From an uncultured bacterium (GTDB lineage: Bacteria > Cyanobacteriota > Vampirovibrionia > Gastranaerophilales > Gastranaerophilaceae): a stretch of DNA of 64,000 nt. Within the stretch, counting starts at the first letter, position 1; every line of letters begins with the position of its first letter. Under the pieces are notes generated by a model, which was given only the letters and a program-made list of their open reading frames with translations, searched no databases and was not told where the DNA came from. The stretch spans positions 12,600 to 76,599 of the forward strand of contig CADBXV010000002.1 in assembly GCA_902798645.1 (NCBI GenBank). Reading direction: 5' to 3'. Of the stretch, positions 19,453 through 28,920 are shown in pieces. Position numbers and translations under genes: made by a program.

Positions 19453-20719
19453 TCAGTATATCATCAATTATGTTTTTAGCACTAAAACTGTTTTTTAATT
19501 TTAGTTTTGTTAATAATTCTGTTCTTTCTGATTTTTTACCGTCTTTTTTATCTAATATAACATTTTTAAGATATATATTAAGCTCCTCCAAATTGCATGC
19601 AGTATAGTATGTTTTATCTATTTCTTTAATAGTTGAATTTCCCTCAAATTTTTCTGAAACCAAATGAATAACAGGATTCTCAGATACAAAATATTCACTC
19701 AAAAACGAACCGCAATCTGTTATCATTGCACGTGATTCGGAGAATAACTTCATATAATCCCCACCCTCACTGTACAAAGCAAACGATTTCCATTCATTAT
19801 AATAATTGTCCAGCTTTTCTTTTGGTAAAAATCCTGATGCTAATGCGAATTTGTACAAAAGCGGATGCGGTCTGAATACCCAATTCAAATTTTTATGCTC
19901 TTTTGCGAATTCCAATATTCTTTCCCCACTCCAATCAAAAGTTCCGAAACGCAAATTATCACCACAAACTGTCCAATGAGGAGCGTAAATAATATATTCT
20001 TTTAAATTAACTTCTTTATCTTTATTCAAAAAATAATAATCTAAGATTGGATGTCCCACTGTCTTTAAACTCTTGCCCTTGTTTAACATATTCGCCGAAT
20101 AAAAATCTTTTACCAAATCCGTAGGTACGTAATGTCTGTACAAATATTGATGAAATCTTAAACCGTATTCATGCCATTGTTCAGATGCCGGAATAAAATA
20201 AGGAATATAATAAGTAAGCGCGAATTTTGAACAAACTACAGGACCTTGTGTTTTATAAACATACCACGGATGAGAATAAATAATAATATCTGGATTAAAT
20301 TTTTCAAATGGGATATATTGTTCATTATCTTGTCTGCTTTGAGAAGGATTGGAATGATAGATTATATCATATCCGTACTCGACATTTATCCCTTTATTCT
20401 TAAAAAATTCATAACATCTTTTTACATCTTCTTCTGTTTGATAATTTGCATTCCCTTCTAAGGCACAATTTTTTGTTACTACAACTACAGGATTAAACCT
20501 TTCATCTTTATCCATCAAATCATATACCGATTGGGATTTCCATTTTGATTCATCGTAAACATAAAAAATAACATTAATCGGGGCTTTATGCATAAGCTTT
20601 TTTAAAACCCTACTTTGATTTTTTTTAATGTAGGCTAAATTTTGTTTAACTTTAAGATTATAGAAAAACTCTTTTCCAAACCCTAATTTTTCCCCAATTT
20701 TTTCGTAATCTATGTACAA
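19439..20719 (-). CDS. CDP-glycerol/ribitol glycerophosphotransferase-like protein (TagB/TagF family)
   Basis: YAPHWT...FRPHP...ITDCGSFLSEYF resembles the Glyphos_transf catalytic region. Confidence 0.55.
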   Translation of the reverse strand: MYIDYEKIGEKLGFGKEFFYNLKVKQNLAYIKKNQSRVLKKLMHKAPINVIFYVYDESKWKSQSVYDLMDKDERFNPVVVVTKNCALEGNANYQTEEDVKRCYEFFKNKGINVEYGYDIIYHSNPSQSRQDNEQYIPFEKFNPDIIIYSHPWYVYKTQGPVVCSKFALTYYIPYFIPASEQWHEYGLRFHQYLYRHYVPTDLVKDFYSANMLNKGKSLKTVGHPILDYYFLNKDKEVNLKEYIIYAPHWTVCGDNLRFGTFDWSGERILEFAKEHKNLNWVFRPHPLLYKFALASGFLPKEKLDNYYNEWKSFALYSEGGDYMKLFSESRAMITDCGSFLSEYFVSENPVIHLVSEKFEGNSTIKEIDKTYYTACNLEELNIYLKNVILDKKDGKKSERTELLTKLKLKNSFSAKNIIDDILNDIG

Positions 20720-20741
20720 TAAAACCTCGGTTCATGTTTTA

Positions 20742-20770
20742 GTTTTTGTCAGGTAAAACCTGACCTACAT
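20742..20770 (-). repeat. REP-like palindromic element, copy 1
   Basis: GTTTTTGTCAGGTAAAACCTGACCTACAT; overlaps the stop codon of the XRE gene. Confidence 0.85.
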
Positions 20771-20995
20771 TTCTATATTCACATCATACAGTTTTTCAAA
20801 TGATACATCTAATGCACGCATTATTGCAAGCAAGGTTGTAAATTTAATATCACTTTCACCATTTTCTATTTTGCTTAAATGCTGCATTTGAATACCTGCT
20901 ATTTCTGCAAGTTTTTCTTGAGAATAATCTTTTTTTACTCTTTCAACTTTTATATTATGCCCTAATATTTTTAAACATGCACATTTCATAAACAT
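20765..20995 (-). CDS. XRE-family HTH regulator
   Basis: ILGHNIKVERVKKDYSQEKLAEIAGIQMQHLSKIENGES. Confidence 0.8.
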   Translation of the reverse strand: MFMKCACLKILGHNIKVERVKKDYSQEKLAEIAGIQMQHLSKIENGESDIKFTTLLAIMRALDVSFEKLYDVNIEM

Positions 20996-21026
20996 AATAA
21001 TAGCAATTTGACATAAATATATCTAA

Positions 21027-21059
21027 GTGTTATAACATTAATAATTAATGTTATAACAC
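21027..21059. promoter_or_regulatory. 33-bp perfect palindrome (candidate operator) in a divergent intergenic region
   Basis: GTGTTATAACATTAAT-A-ATTAATGTTATAACAC. Confidence 0.65.
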
Positions 21060-21100
21060 TAATAAAAATATGTATATCATAAATAATTAATGATTTAAAT

Positions 21101-21310
21101 ATGGAGATAAATATGAAAATAATAAAATCTAAAAGATTATACAGAATTTTAAATAATATTGAAAGTGAACTTGCCAAAGCAATTGCTTTAACAAAGATTG
21201 CAGAAGATTCATGTGAATATAACAAATATTTTAACCAGAAATTTGTTATAAGCCTTGCATTACAAAAGTATAATAATGTAGCAGAAAAAGTTAGTAATTT
21301 GTATTTATAA
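21101..21310 (+). CDS. small hypothetical protein (69 aa), divergent from the XRE gene
   Basis: ORF only. Confidence 0.4.
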   Translation: MEINMKIIKSKRLYRILNNIESELAKAIALTKIAEDSCEYNKYFNQKFVISLALQKYNNVAEKVSNLYL

Positions 21311-21318
21311 TTTTCATG

Positions 21319-22398
21319 CTATTTTAACTTATACTTATCCCATCTGCATTCGTACTCTTTTACGGCTTCTGCTGCTTCTTCTTCAGTATATTTATATTTT
21401 CCGAGACTTATCATAATTCTGCCGTTTGATTCATCCATAAGTTTTTTCTTAATCTTATAAGGATATGTTTCATTACCTTGAAGCTCTCCTTCATGAATAT
21501 TCCTTATAACGTCATCTATATATTTTTGCGTGTAAAGAGGAATATTAGGATGTCTTTTTATATATTCGGGTAAAGGCATATTTTCCCTGTATCTGTTGCC
21601 GTCAGCAGACGTTAATAAGAAATTCCCGATAGTATTCAACCCTCCGAGTGAATCCGGTGTAACGTGCTCTATTGAACCTGTTGAACCTATAAATAAACGT
21701 CTTGCCGCTTCTTCCTGTCCTCTGCGAGAATACTTTACGACAAACGCATTTTTACTGCTTCCTGATGTCGGAAGAAAGAGTGCTTTATTTTTAATATCAT
21801 TAAATATTTCTCGTTCATTTTCGTTAGGTATAATTTCTTCTAAAAAAAATAAAAATGAAATCAACTGCCTGCATCTTGTTGTTTTATGCCTTAGTTTTAG
21901 TGCTGTACTTGGTGAAAGTTTTCTTGACATAATATCAACATCATCCAGTACGTTAAATTCTTCTAATTTCAATTTTGTTAAACAATTTGTGTATAACATT
22001 TGTAAACAATTTTGTATATTATCCTTAGGATTCAGCATCGAAAAATCCTTAAAGATAGCATACATGGATTTTTCCGTCGAGAGCAGATTGTCATAATACT
22101 GTCCTAAAAGAGCTACAATTTCTTCTGAAGACTTACATTTTGCTAAATTTTTCTCAAATCCTCTGAGAGCAGTACCCGGAATAATCTTAATTCCTCTATA
22201 CGGACAGGTAATATCTTTAAGCCTTCTCAAAGGTTTACCCGCGGATGTTGAACCTTGAAATGGTATATCATAATAATAGTAGAGGTAATTTTCTTCTGTT
22301 ATTCTCGGTTTATGCGACTGCGACGGCTTTGACACAGATGAATTGCTCCTATAAAGTGTATGTGATTTATAAAAACTCGTGATTGACTGAATACGCAT
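21319..22398 (-). CDS. hypothetical protein with a C-terminal HNH (beta-beta-alpha-Me) nuclease-like motif
   Basis: GSIEHVTPDSLGG..IGNFLLTSADGNRYRENMP resembles the Cas9-type HNH pattern D.DHI.P.S....N.vLt.s..NR.K...P. Confidence 0.5.
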   Translation of the reverse strand: MRIQSITSFYKSHTLYRSNSSVSKPSQSHKPRITEENYLYYYYDIPFQGSTSAGKPLRRLKDITCPYRGIKIIPGTALRGFEKNLAKCKSSEEIVALLGQYYDNLLSTEKSMYAIFKDFSMLNPKDNIQNCLQMLYTNCLTKLKLEEFNVLDDVDIMSRKLSPSTALKLRHKTTRCRQLISFLFFLEEIIPNENEREIFNDIKNKALFLPTSGSSKNAFVVKYSRRGQEEAARRLFIGSTGSIEHVTPDSLGGLNTIGNFLLTSADGNRYRENMPLPEYIKRHPNIPLYTQKYIDDVIRNIHEGELQGNETYPYKIKKKLMDESNGRIMISLGKYKYTEEEAAEAVKEYECRWDKYKLK

Positions 22399-22487
22399 AA
22401 CAACTAATCTTAACTTTCTTTCATGATATCAAATTTTTCATTCAGGTGCAATATTTTTACTGTGGTATAATTCTATAGAGGGTAATT

Positions 22488-23117
22488 ATGTCAAGATACA
22501 TAGCAATAACAGACATTCATGGTGAACTGGAAAAGCTGGAAAGCGTATTGTCAAAGATAGATACACATCCTGATGATATTTTTGTATTTATGGGTGATTA
22601 TATTGATAGAGGAAGTAAATCTAAAGAGGTTGTAGACAGGGTTATAGAACAAGCAAATGACAACAAATGTGTTTACCTTATCGGTTCTCACGAATACGCT
22701 ATGATGAGAGCTAAATCTGATGAATATTACGGCTGGCTCTATGATAACTACGGAGGGCCTGCAACTACAAGAAGTTACGGCGGATTTGATAATATAATGA
22801 AAATCCATGGTGATTTTTATAAAAATCTTAAATTTTACTATTTAACAGACAAATACCTTTTTGTCCATGCCGGCATTAATCCTGATTACGATTTAGAAGA
22901 TCAAAATGAAGTCGATTTGGTTTATATTAGAGGCAAGTTTATTCATTCAAAACATAATTTGCCTCAAAAGATTATTTTTGGTCATACTGAATTTGATAAA
23001 CCTTATATAGATGAAGGTAAAATCGGCATTGATTTAGGGTGCGGAAAATATAAAAATGCGCATTTGTGTGCCTTAATTTTAGATGAAAACGGAAAACAAG
23101 AATTTATTTACTCCTAA
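22488..23117 (+). CDS. metallophosphoesterase, PP1/lambda-phosphatase/ApaH-like
   Basis: ITDIHGE..., GDYIDRG, GSHE, VHAG, GHT motifs. Confidence 0.8.
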   Translation: MSRYIAITDIHGELEKLESVLSKIDTHPDDIFVFMGDYIDRGSKSKEVVDRVIEQANDNKCVYLIGSHEYAMMRAKSDEYYGWLYDNYGGPATTRSYGGFDNIMKIHGDFYKNLKFYYLTDKYLFVHAGINPDYDLEDQNEVDLVYIRGKFIHSKHNLPQKIIFGHTEFDKPYIDEGKIGIDLGCGKYKNAHLCALILDENGKQEFIYS

Positions 23118-23173
23118 ATGGCAAAAATATTTTTTACACGGTTTATAAAAAATAAAGACCAGAGTAAATTTTC

Positions 23174-25978
23174 ATGAAAATAAACAGCATTAATTCATAT
23201 ACAAATATACAATGTATCCAAAATAAAAAAATACAAACAAATACGATAAGCTCTATTCAACCAAGTTTTTTAGGAACTCCGAGAGTTGATAAAAGTATGG
23301 TAAGATTTTATGAGTTTAATTTAAACAGATTTCCTTCTACAGTTAAAAATTTTTTAGAAGGTATAGCTGATAAGTTCAAATTTACACCTCTGGAAGCTCA
23401 AAAATCAGCATTTATTGCTTTATTGCAAGCTAAAAATATAAAAGATGTTAAAGAGCTATTTCCGGAAGAAAGTTTATTTGCAGATTTGAAAAATATTGAA
23501 GAAACAAAAGCTACAAACGGTATTCTCGGTATTTACAGGGAATTCAAGGATTTGTTTGATAACGGAATTTTAAAAAACGGAGAAGATTTATCTGTTTATC
23601 TTTTAAAGAAAATCTTTTTGGAAGCAAAAACATTAGATGAAATAAATTCTGATATAAAAAAAGATTTGAATGAAGATGTAAAAACAGAGTTTGAACGCAG
23701 ATATAAAGACAGTGAATATATAGTAAGTTCTACTTTAAAATCACTTGGAATAATGCGTCCTGATACAGCGTATCAAAACTCGCTTAAATTTACCAGAGAA
23801 GGGTATTCCGATGAGTTCGGACTCAAAATATCACAGGCACAGTTAAAGTATTGGAACTCATTAAACGATGAACAAAAGTTTGAAATTTTATCAAAACGAT
23901 GTGAAGGTCGTGATAATTGGTGGAACAATCTTTCTTATGATGAAAAACTTGAACTTGCTGCAGGTGTTGATTCTGAAGAAGATTTATACAAAAATTACAA
24001 AAAATTCGTACGAGCAAGAAAAAAAGAAATCAAAGACGGAACTTCTACTCAAACATTGGAAAGACCAACCGGAAAAATAAAAATTGGAACATCAGATTTA
24101 AAAGATATAGATATTTTTAATTTGTGGTTCAGAAAGAATATAGAAAAATTCTATGCGCTTTTATCTGAAGCTGATAAAGACTCTGTTCATATTAAACGTG
24201 TAAGAAAACTTGCGGTCAGATGGCAGGAAATGACTTCTGAGGAAAGAACAGAACTCATTAACAAAATGAGAGAAGGAAGAGAGCCTCTAAGATTCGCAAT
24301 GATTGATGCTTGGAATCATTCAAGAGCACTGATAAAAGAATTATCAGATTTTCTTTCCGCACAACAGATATTAAAACCTGTTGAGATGCTTTATGACACA
24401 AAAGAGTTTAGCGAGTTTCAGTCTAAAATTATGACTGAATTTTGGGAAAATCATAGAGATTTAGCGGAAGAATTCGGGCAAAATTTAAGCAAAGCAATCT
24501 CGAGAGTCGAAACTTCCATACAAAGAGGTCAGTTTGAAGATTTAAAACAAGAGATTTTTCGTGACAGAGCGTATAGAATTAAACTAATAGCAAGAGAAAA
24601 ATACATAGAAGAACAAAAATTAAAAGAAGCTGAACAACAAAAAGTTGTTGAAGAAAAAGCTATTGAAAAAGTATACGATTATAAACAAGAATTTCGTGAA
24701 GCATACAAACAGCATTTGAATAGTGATAAAATACTGCCGGCTAATTATGTTGAAGAAATGATGGAGCTTATTTTAGATGGCTATCCACAAGATATTATAG
24801 AAAAAATGACTCAAGTTTATAAAACCGGCACTAACATGCCAAGCGAAGTTATAGAGGCTATGAGTATCGTAGGAACAGAAAATAACCGTCAAAGAGGAGT
24901 AAGATTGCAAAATGCAATAACGACTGCAATCGCAAACGAACTATGTGCCAAAGGTGCCAATCCTATGTTTTACGGTATGGATTCAAATTTTTTGATAGTT
25001 GCATACGGAAATAAAATGCGTGAAAATTTACCTAAAAAACAACTTCCTGATGCTAACAGAATCCAAAGGCTTTATAATGAATACAAAAAGGAATTAACAG
25101 AAGAAGAAGTTTATAACATTGCAGATAAGTATTTTATTGCAAAAAATACAGAAGGTAATGAACCTGAAAATAATAAAAAGCTTGCTGATTATATAAAATC
25201 ATACGGCAGGAGTCTATTAATACTATTCTCTGATAAAAGTGCTTTTTCCGATGAAATAAAAATACAATTCAATGATAAATTTTTAAAATTTATGCCAAAA
25301 GAACTAAAAGAGATTTACCTTCCGTTATTTGAAAATTCTGAAGATATAATCAAAGAAAGACAAATACAACAGATCAGGGGACAATTATCAAGAAGATTTG
25401 ATTTCATGCCGGAAGATTTTTTGAGTACTTATACGCAAGAATCATCATTTGTTATAAGACTTCAGGAAAAATCAAATGCTTTTAATAATGATGCATACAA
25501 AATTAAAAACTTTAAAGAAAAAATGTGTATAAAAAGGACCGGAGCAAATTTAGAAGGAAGTTGTTTAAAAATTCCGAAATACTTAGCACCAAAAAACAGC
25601 AAAATTAAAATATTATCAGCAGAACAATCTCTTGCGGATGAATTGTACCGTGTGACCGGTAATGAAAAATTATATAGCCTTGAAGTAGAAGATTTGTGTA
25701 ATATATTCGAATTATTTTCTGCAATGAAGGGAAATAAGAATTTAGAAATTACTGACGAATACAATGATATTGTATTATGTGCAAAAATTAAACCAAACAA
25801 AAATCGCGTATTCCAAAAATATAAAGAATATGTGGCTGAACTGACAGAAAGAGCAGATGACATTTTTGAAGAAAACTATATTGAAGATGAAGAAGAACTT
25901 GTTTGTGCATTAAATTCAGAAACTGGTAATGATGTCAGAGACGAATATATAAGGACAAGAATAAAAGCATATGTATAA
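23174..25978 (+). CDS. large helical hypothetical protein (934 aa)
   Basis: Long uninterrupted ORF; no catalytic motif recognised. Confidence 0.6.
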   Translation: MKINSINSYTNIQCIQNKKIQTNTISSIQPSFLGTPRVDKSMVRFYEFNLNRFPSTVKNFLEGIADKFKFTPLEAQKSAFIALLQAKNIKDVKELFPEESLFADLKNIEETKATNGILGIYREFKDLFDNGILKNGEDLSVYLLKKIFLEAKTLDEINSDIKKDLNEDVKTEFERRYKDSEYIVSSTLKSLGIMRPDTAYQNSLKFTREGYSDEFGLKISQAQLKYWNSLNDEQKFEILSKRCEGRDNWWNNLSYDEKLELAAGVDSEEDLYKNYKKFVRARKKEIKDGTSTQTLERPTGKIKIGTSDLKDIDIFNLWFRKNIEKFYALLSEADKDSVHIKRVRKLAVRWQEMTSEERTELINKMREGREPLRFAMIDAWNHSRALIKELSDFLSAQQILKPVEMLYDTKEFSEFQSKIMTEFWENHRDLAEEFGQNLSKAISRVETSIQRGQFEDLKQEIFRDRAYRIKLIAREKYIEEQKLKEAEQQKVVEEKAIEKVYDYKQEFREAYKQHLNSDKILPANYVEEMMELILDGYPQDIIEKMTQVYKTGTNMPSEVIEAMSIVGTENNRQRGVRLQNAITTAIANELCAKGANPMFYGMDSNFLIVAYGNKMRENLPKKQLPDANRIQRLYNEYKKELTEEEVYNIADKYFIAKNTEGNEPENNKKLADYIKSYGRSLLILFSDKSAFSDEIKIQFNDKFLKFMPKELKEIYLPLFENSEDIIKERQIQQIRGQLSRRFDFMPEDFLSTYTQESSFVIRLQEKSNAFNNDAYKIKNFKEKMCIKRTGANLEGSCLKIPKYLAPKNSKIKILSAEQSLADELYRVTGNEKLYSLEVEDLCNIFELFSAMKGNKNLEITDEYNDIVLCAKIKPNKNRVFQKYKEYVAELTERADDIFEENYIEDEEELVCALNSETGNDVRDEYIRTRIKAYV

Positions 25979-26030
25979 TTGACATGATAATAGAAAAACT
26001 ATATTATTGGAATTAGCAAAGGAGAGAATT

Positions 26031-26495
26031 ATGAGAAAGTTTTTAACTATTACAACAGCTGTTGCAGCAAGTCTTTTATTAACTACAAATATAACTTTTG
26101 CTGAAATTGAAGAACAAACAACTGCTGAATCTGCTTGGGAAACTGTTTCTGTTATGTCGCAAGCGGCTGCTGAAAAAACAGCAGAGAGCGTCAAATCAGG
26201 TTCTAAAAAAGCCGGTAAAGCAATAGCCGAAGGATCAAAAAATGTTGCAGATAAAGCAAAGCCACATATAAAGAGCGGAACTGACAAAGTTAAAAAGGCG
26301 ACTGTAAGAGGTGCAAACAAAGTTTCTAATTCAACTGCTAAAGGTATGAAAAAACTTGGAAACAAAATGCAAAATTCTGCGGAAAAAACTATTGAAAAAA
26401 CAGATAAAGTTCTGGAAGAAACTGCGCCAAAATGCAAATGTCAATGTTCTTGCGGCAATAACTGCAAGTGTAATGAAAATAACGGTTGTAAATAA
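26031..26495 (+). CDS. secreted Lys/Ala-rich protein with a Cys-rich, metallothionein-like tail
   Basis: AAGGAGAG RBS before the ATG at 26031; signal peptide MRKFLTITTAVAASLLLTTNITFA; C-terminus CKCQCSCGNNCKCNENNGCK. Confidence 0.65.
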   Translation: MRKFLTITTAVAASLLLTTNITFAEIEEQTTAESAWETVSVMSQAAAEKTAESVKSGSKKAGKAIAEGSKNVADKAKPHIKSGTDKVKKATVRGANKVSNSTAKGMKKLGNKMQNSAEKTIEKTDKVLEETAPKCKCQCSCGNNCKCNENNGCK

Positions 26496-26615
26496 AAACT
26501 AAAAATCATTATGGCAGTTTTTGCGTTTTTTACAATTTAATAAGTTATGGTATAATTTTTACGGATTCCGCTTAAATTAAAACCGGAAAAAGTTTTGGAA
26601 ATTACGGCTGAAGAT

Positions 26616-27929
26616 TTATAGATTCAAAGAGTGTACAAATAATTCCGCAACTTTTTTATTGTATTCTCTACCGTCATCTTTTGTAAAAAGGTTTTCCCAA
26701 TGACTTTCAGGCGTTCCGTCTGTTGAGTATGAAGGATTGGACATCATAAGGTGGTGAGTATTTGTATCATATCTTAGCGGAAACAAATCTTCCATTTGCA
26801 TAAAACTTGCCAGTTTATCACTGGGAAATTCGTATGCAAAAATTGAATTATGAATCCTGCGCAAGCGTTCTTCGTAGCTTCTTCCGCCTGTATCATTATC
26901 ATTTGAAACTTCTATTCCGGGAGAATAATTTTTTGAATATTTATAATTTATTGCATGATCTCTTACCGTATGAAAATCATCAGGATTAATAAAACCTGTT
27001 CCTGTAGATAAACCCAAATTTTCATATCTCACAAAGTCACCTGTACTTTTCTCTCCCACAAAACTCAGGTGTGTTTTCCCGCTTTTACTTCTAATCTCAT
27101 GGATTATATACTGCATTTGTTCATAGCTTGGTAATGCACCTACACCGGTATAATTACCCATATCATATCCGCCGATATGCTTTGCAGAATCTATAAAAAT
27201 TGCTTCAAAGCCCATATTTATCAGTTCTATATGCGCATTCAAAAATAAATTAAAATGTTCGGAATTATTCCAATCAAAACCGACATCACCACCATCCGGT
27301 TGAACAAATTTTATTTGATCAGCAGAGATTACTGTCCTAAAGCCTGTTTTTAATCCATGAAAATGGGCTAAATCATTAAATGCTCTAAACTGTTCAGAAG
27401 AACTGATTTTGTTTATAATATCATAATTTATTATATTCTTGCTATATTCAGTGTTAAGTTTTATTCCGTATATAGAATTTTCTTCATCAACAGGTTTGTT
27501 ATAACCATCACCATAAATATTAGGAAATATTTGAGATAAAATTATACAATTTGCCCAACTTTTTGCACTTGGGGGAATTGCCGGAAGAAGTTTTATAGAA
27601 CTTATCAATCCGCTTTTACATTCATTACCGTCCATTTGAGCTATAGCACGGTTATTTATTTCAATATAGTTTGCACTTACACCCCAATTATCTCCATAAT
27701 TAGGGCTGTCTATAACATCAGGGAATTTATCATAAAAAATACCATCCTGACTTAATGTTACCAATGACTCAACAGCATCTTTAACACTTCTGGTTAAAAG
27801 TTCTGCAGGCACAATATTAGCAATCCATTTTCTCATACCACTTACAAATTGATGCTGTATTGTCCAATCATCCATTTTGAGTTTTGTATCATAATTTAGC
27901 GATTTTAATAGTTTATTTACAGTATTCAT
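26616..27929 (-). CDS. divergent alpha-amylase-superfamily (GH13-like) protein
   Basis: GFEAIFIDSAKHIGG resembles GH13 region II (GFR.D..KH); SFVGEKS resembles region III; FINPDDFH resembles region IV. Confidence 0.4.
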   Translation of the reverse strand: MNTVNKLLKSLNYDTKLKMDDWTIQHQFVSGMRKWIANIVPAELLTRSVKDAVESLVTLSQDGIFYDKFPDVIDSPNYGDNWGVSANYIEINNRAIAQMDGNECKSGLISSIKLLPAIPPSAKSWANCIILSQIFPNIYGDGYNKPVDEENSIYGIKLNTEYSKNIINYDIINKISSSEQFRAFNDLAHFHGLKTGFRTVISADQIKFVQPDGGDVGFDWNNSEHFNLFLNAHIELINMGFEAIFIDSAKHIGGYDMGNYTGVGALPSYEQMQYIIHEIRSKSGKTHLSFVGEKSTGDFVRYENLGLSTGTGFINPDDFHTVRDHAINYKYSKNYSPGIEVSNDNDTGGRSYEERLRRIHNSIFAYEFPSDKLASFMQMEDLFPLRYDTNTHHLMMSNPSYSTDGTPESHWENLFTKDDGREYNKKVAELFVHSLNL

Positions 27930-28034
27930 AAAATCATTTTATAAATATTTTTTGTTTTTTTAATTGCCGAAAAGGACTAAAACATCCAACAATTCTAAAT
28001 CAATATGATTATAAGTTTTACAAAAATTTTCCGC

Positions 28035-28063
28035 TTGACAATAGTTAGATATCTAACTATAAT
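28035..28063 (+). promoter_or_regulatory. consensus sigma-70 promoter with an embedded 20-bp perfect palindrome (candidate MarR operator); transcript probably leaderless
   Basis: TTGACA, 17-nt spacer, TATAAT; the palindrome ATAGTTAGATATCTAACTAT (28041-28060) fills the spacer and overlaps the first 3 nt of the -10 box; the ATG at 28070 lies 7 nt after the -10 box with no RBS. Confidence 0.7.
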
Positions 28064-28069
28064 AGTTGT

Positions 28070-28474
28070 ATGAAAGAAATTTTATCACTTATATCAAAAA
28101 TACACGAAAAGGGAAACAGATTTATTATTGATGCTCTCAAGCAAAACGGTTCAGAAGACCTTGCTCCCAGCCATGGTGACATATTAGTCTGTCTTTACAA
28201 GTACGGTAAAATGACAATGAAAGATATAGCAAATTCCATACACAGAACAAAACCTACAGTAACTGTTTTAATTAATAAACTTGAAAAATTAGGTTATATA
28301 AAAAGAGAGACATCAAAAGAAGACAGTCGTATAACGTATATTGTTTTAACAAAAAAAGGTGAAGATTTTAAACCGGTATTTGATAAAATATCTTCTGATT
28401 TAAACAATATGCTGTGTAAAAATTTATCTGAAGGTGAGGCAAATACTTTAATACATATTTTAAAAAAAATATAA
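28070..28474 (+). CDS. MarR-family transcriptional regulator
   Basis: Winged-helix pattern ..MTMKDIANSIHRTKPTVTVLINKLEKLGYIKRE.S.EDSR. Confidence 0.8.
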   Translation: MKEILSLISKIHEKGNRFIIDALKQNGSEDLAPSHGDILVCLYKYGKMTMKDIANSIHRTKPTVTVLINKLEKLGYIKRETSKEDSRITYIVLTKKGEDFKPVFDKISSDLNNMLCKNLSEGEANTLIHILKKI

Positions 28475-28493
28475 GAGAAAAGGAGATATTATT

Positions 28494-28868
28494 ATGACAA
28501 ACTTTAAAAATGCAGAAATAGGAAAAATTAGTGAAATAGGTAAAAAATATGAAAACGGAAAAGCATTTTTGCATGATTTATTGGGATTAACAAGCTGTGA
28601 GATTTCAATAAGTTCCATGCCGGCAGGAATCAAATTACCTTTTAATCATAAACACTTTCAGAATGAAGAAATTTATATTTTCTTGAAAGGTGAAGGTACT
28701 ATGACACTGGATAATGAAACAATTGGTGTTAAAGAAGGTTCTTGCATAAAAGTTTTACCGGATGCAATCAGGACTATGGAGTCAAAAACTGATTTGGAAT
28801 ACATTTGCGTTCAAGCAAAAAAAGGAAGTTTAGAGCAATTTGGCTTTGGCGATGCTGAATTATGTTAG
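28494..28868 (+). CDS. cupin-domain protein
   Basis: HKHFQNEEIYIFLKGEG...GS.I.V fits the cupin motifs. Confidence 0.6.
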   Translation: MTNFKNAEIGKISEIGKKYENGKAFLHDLLGLTSCEISISSMPAGIKLPFNHKHFQNEEIYIFLKGEGTMTLDNETIGVKEGSCIKVLPDAIRTMESKTDLEYICVQAKKGSLEQFGFGDAELC

Positions 28869-28920
28869 GATAAGAACAAATAACAAATAATCAGCTTTTT
28901 ATATAAATAAGGAACATTTT

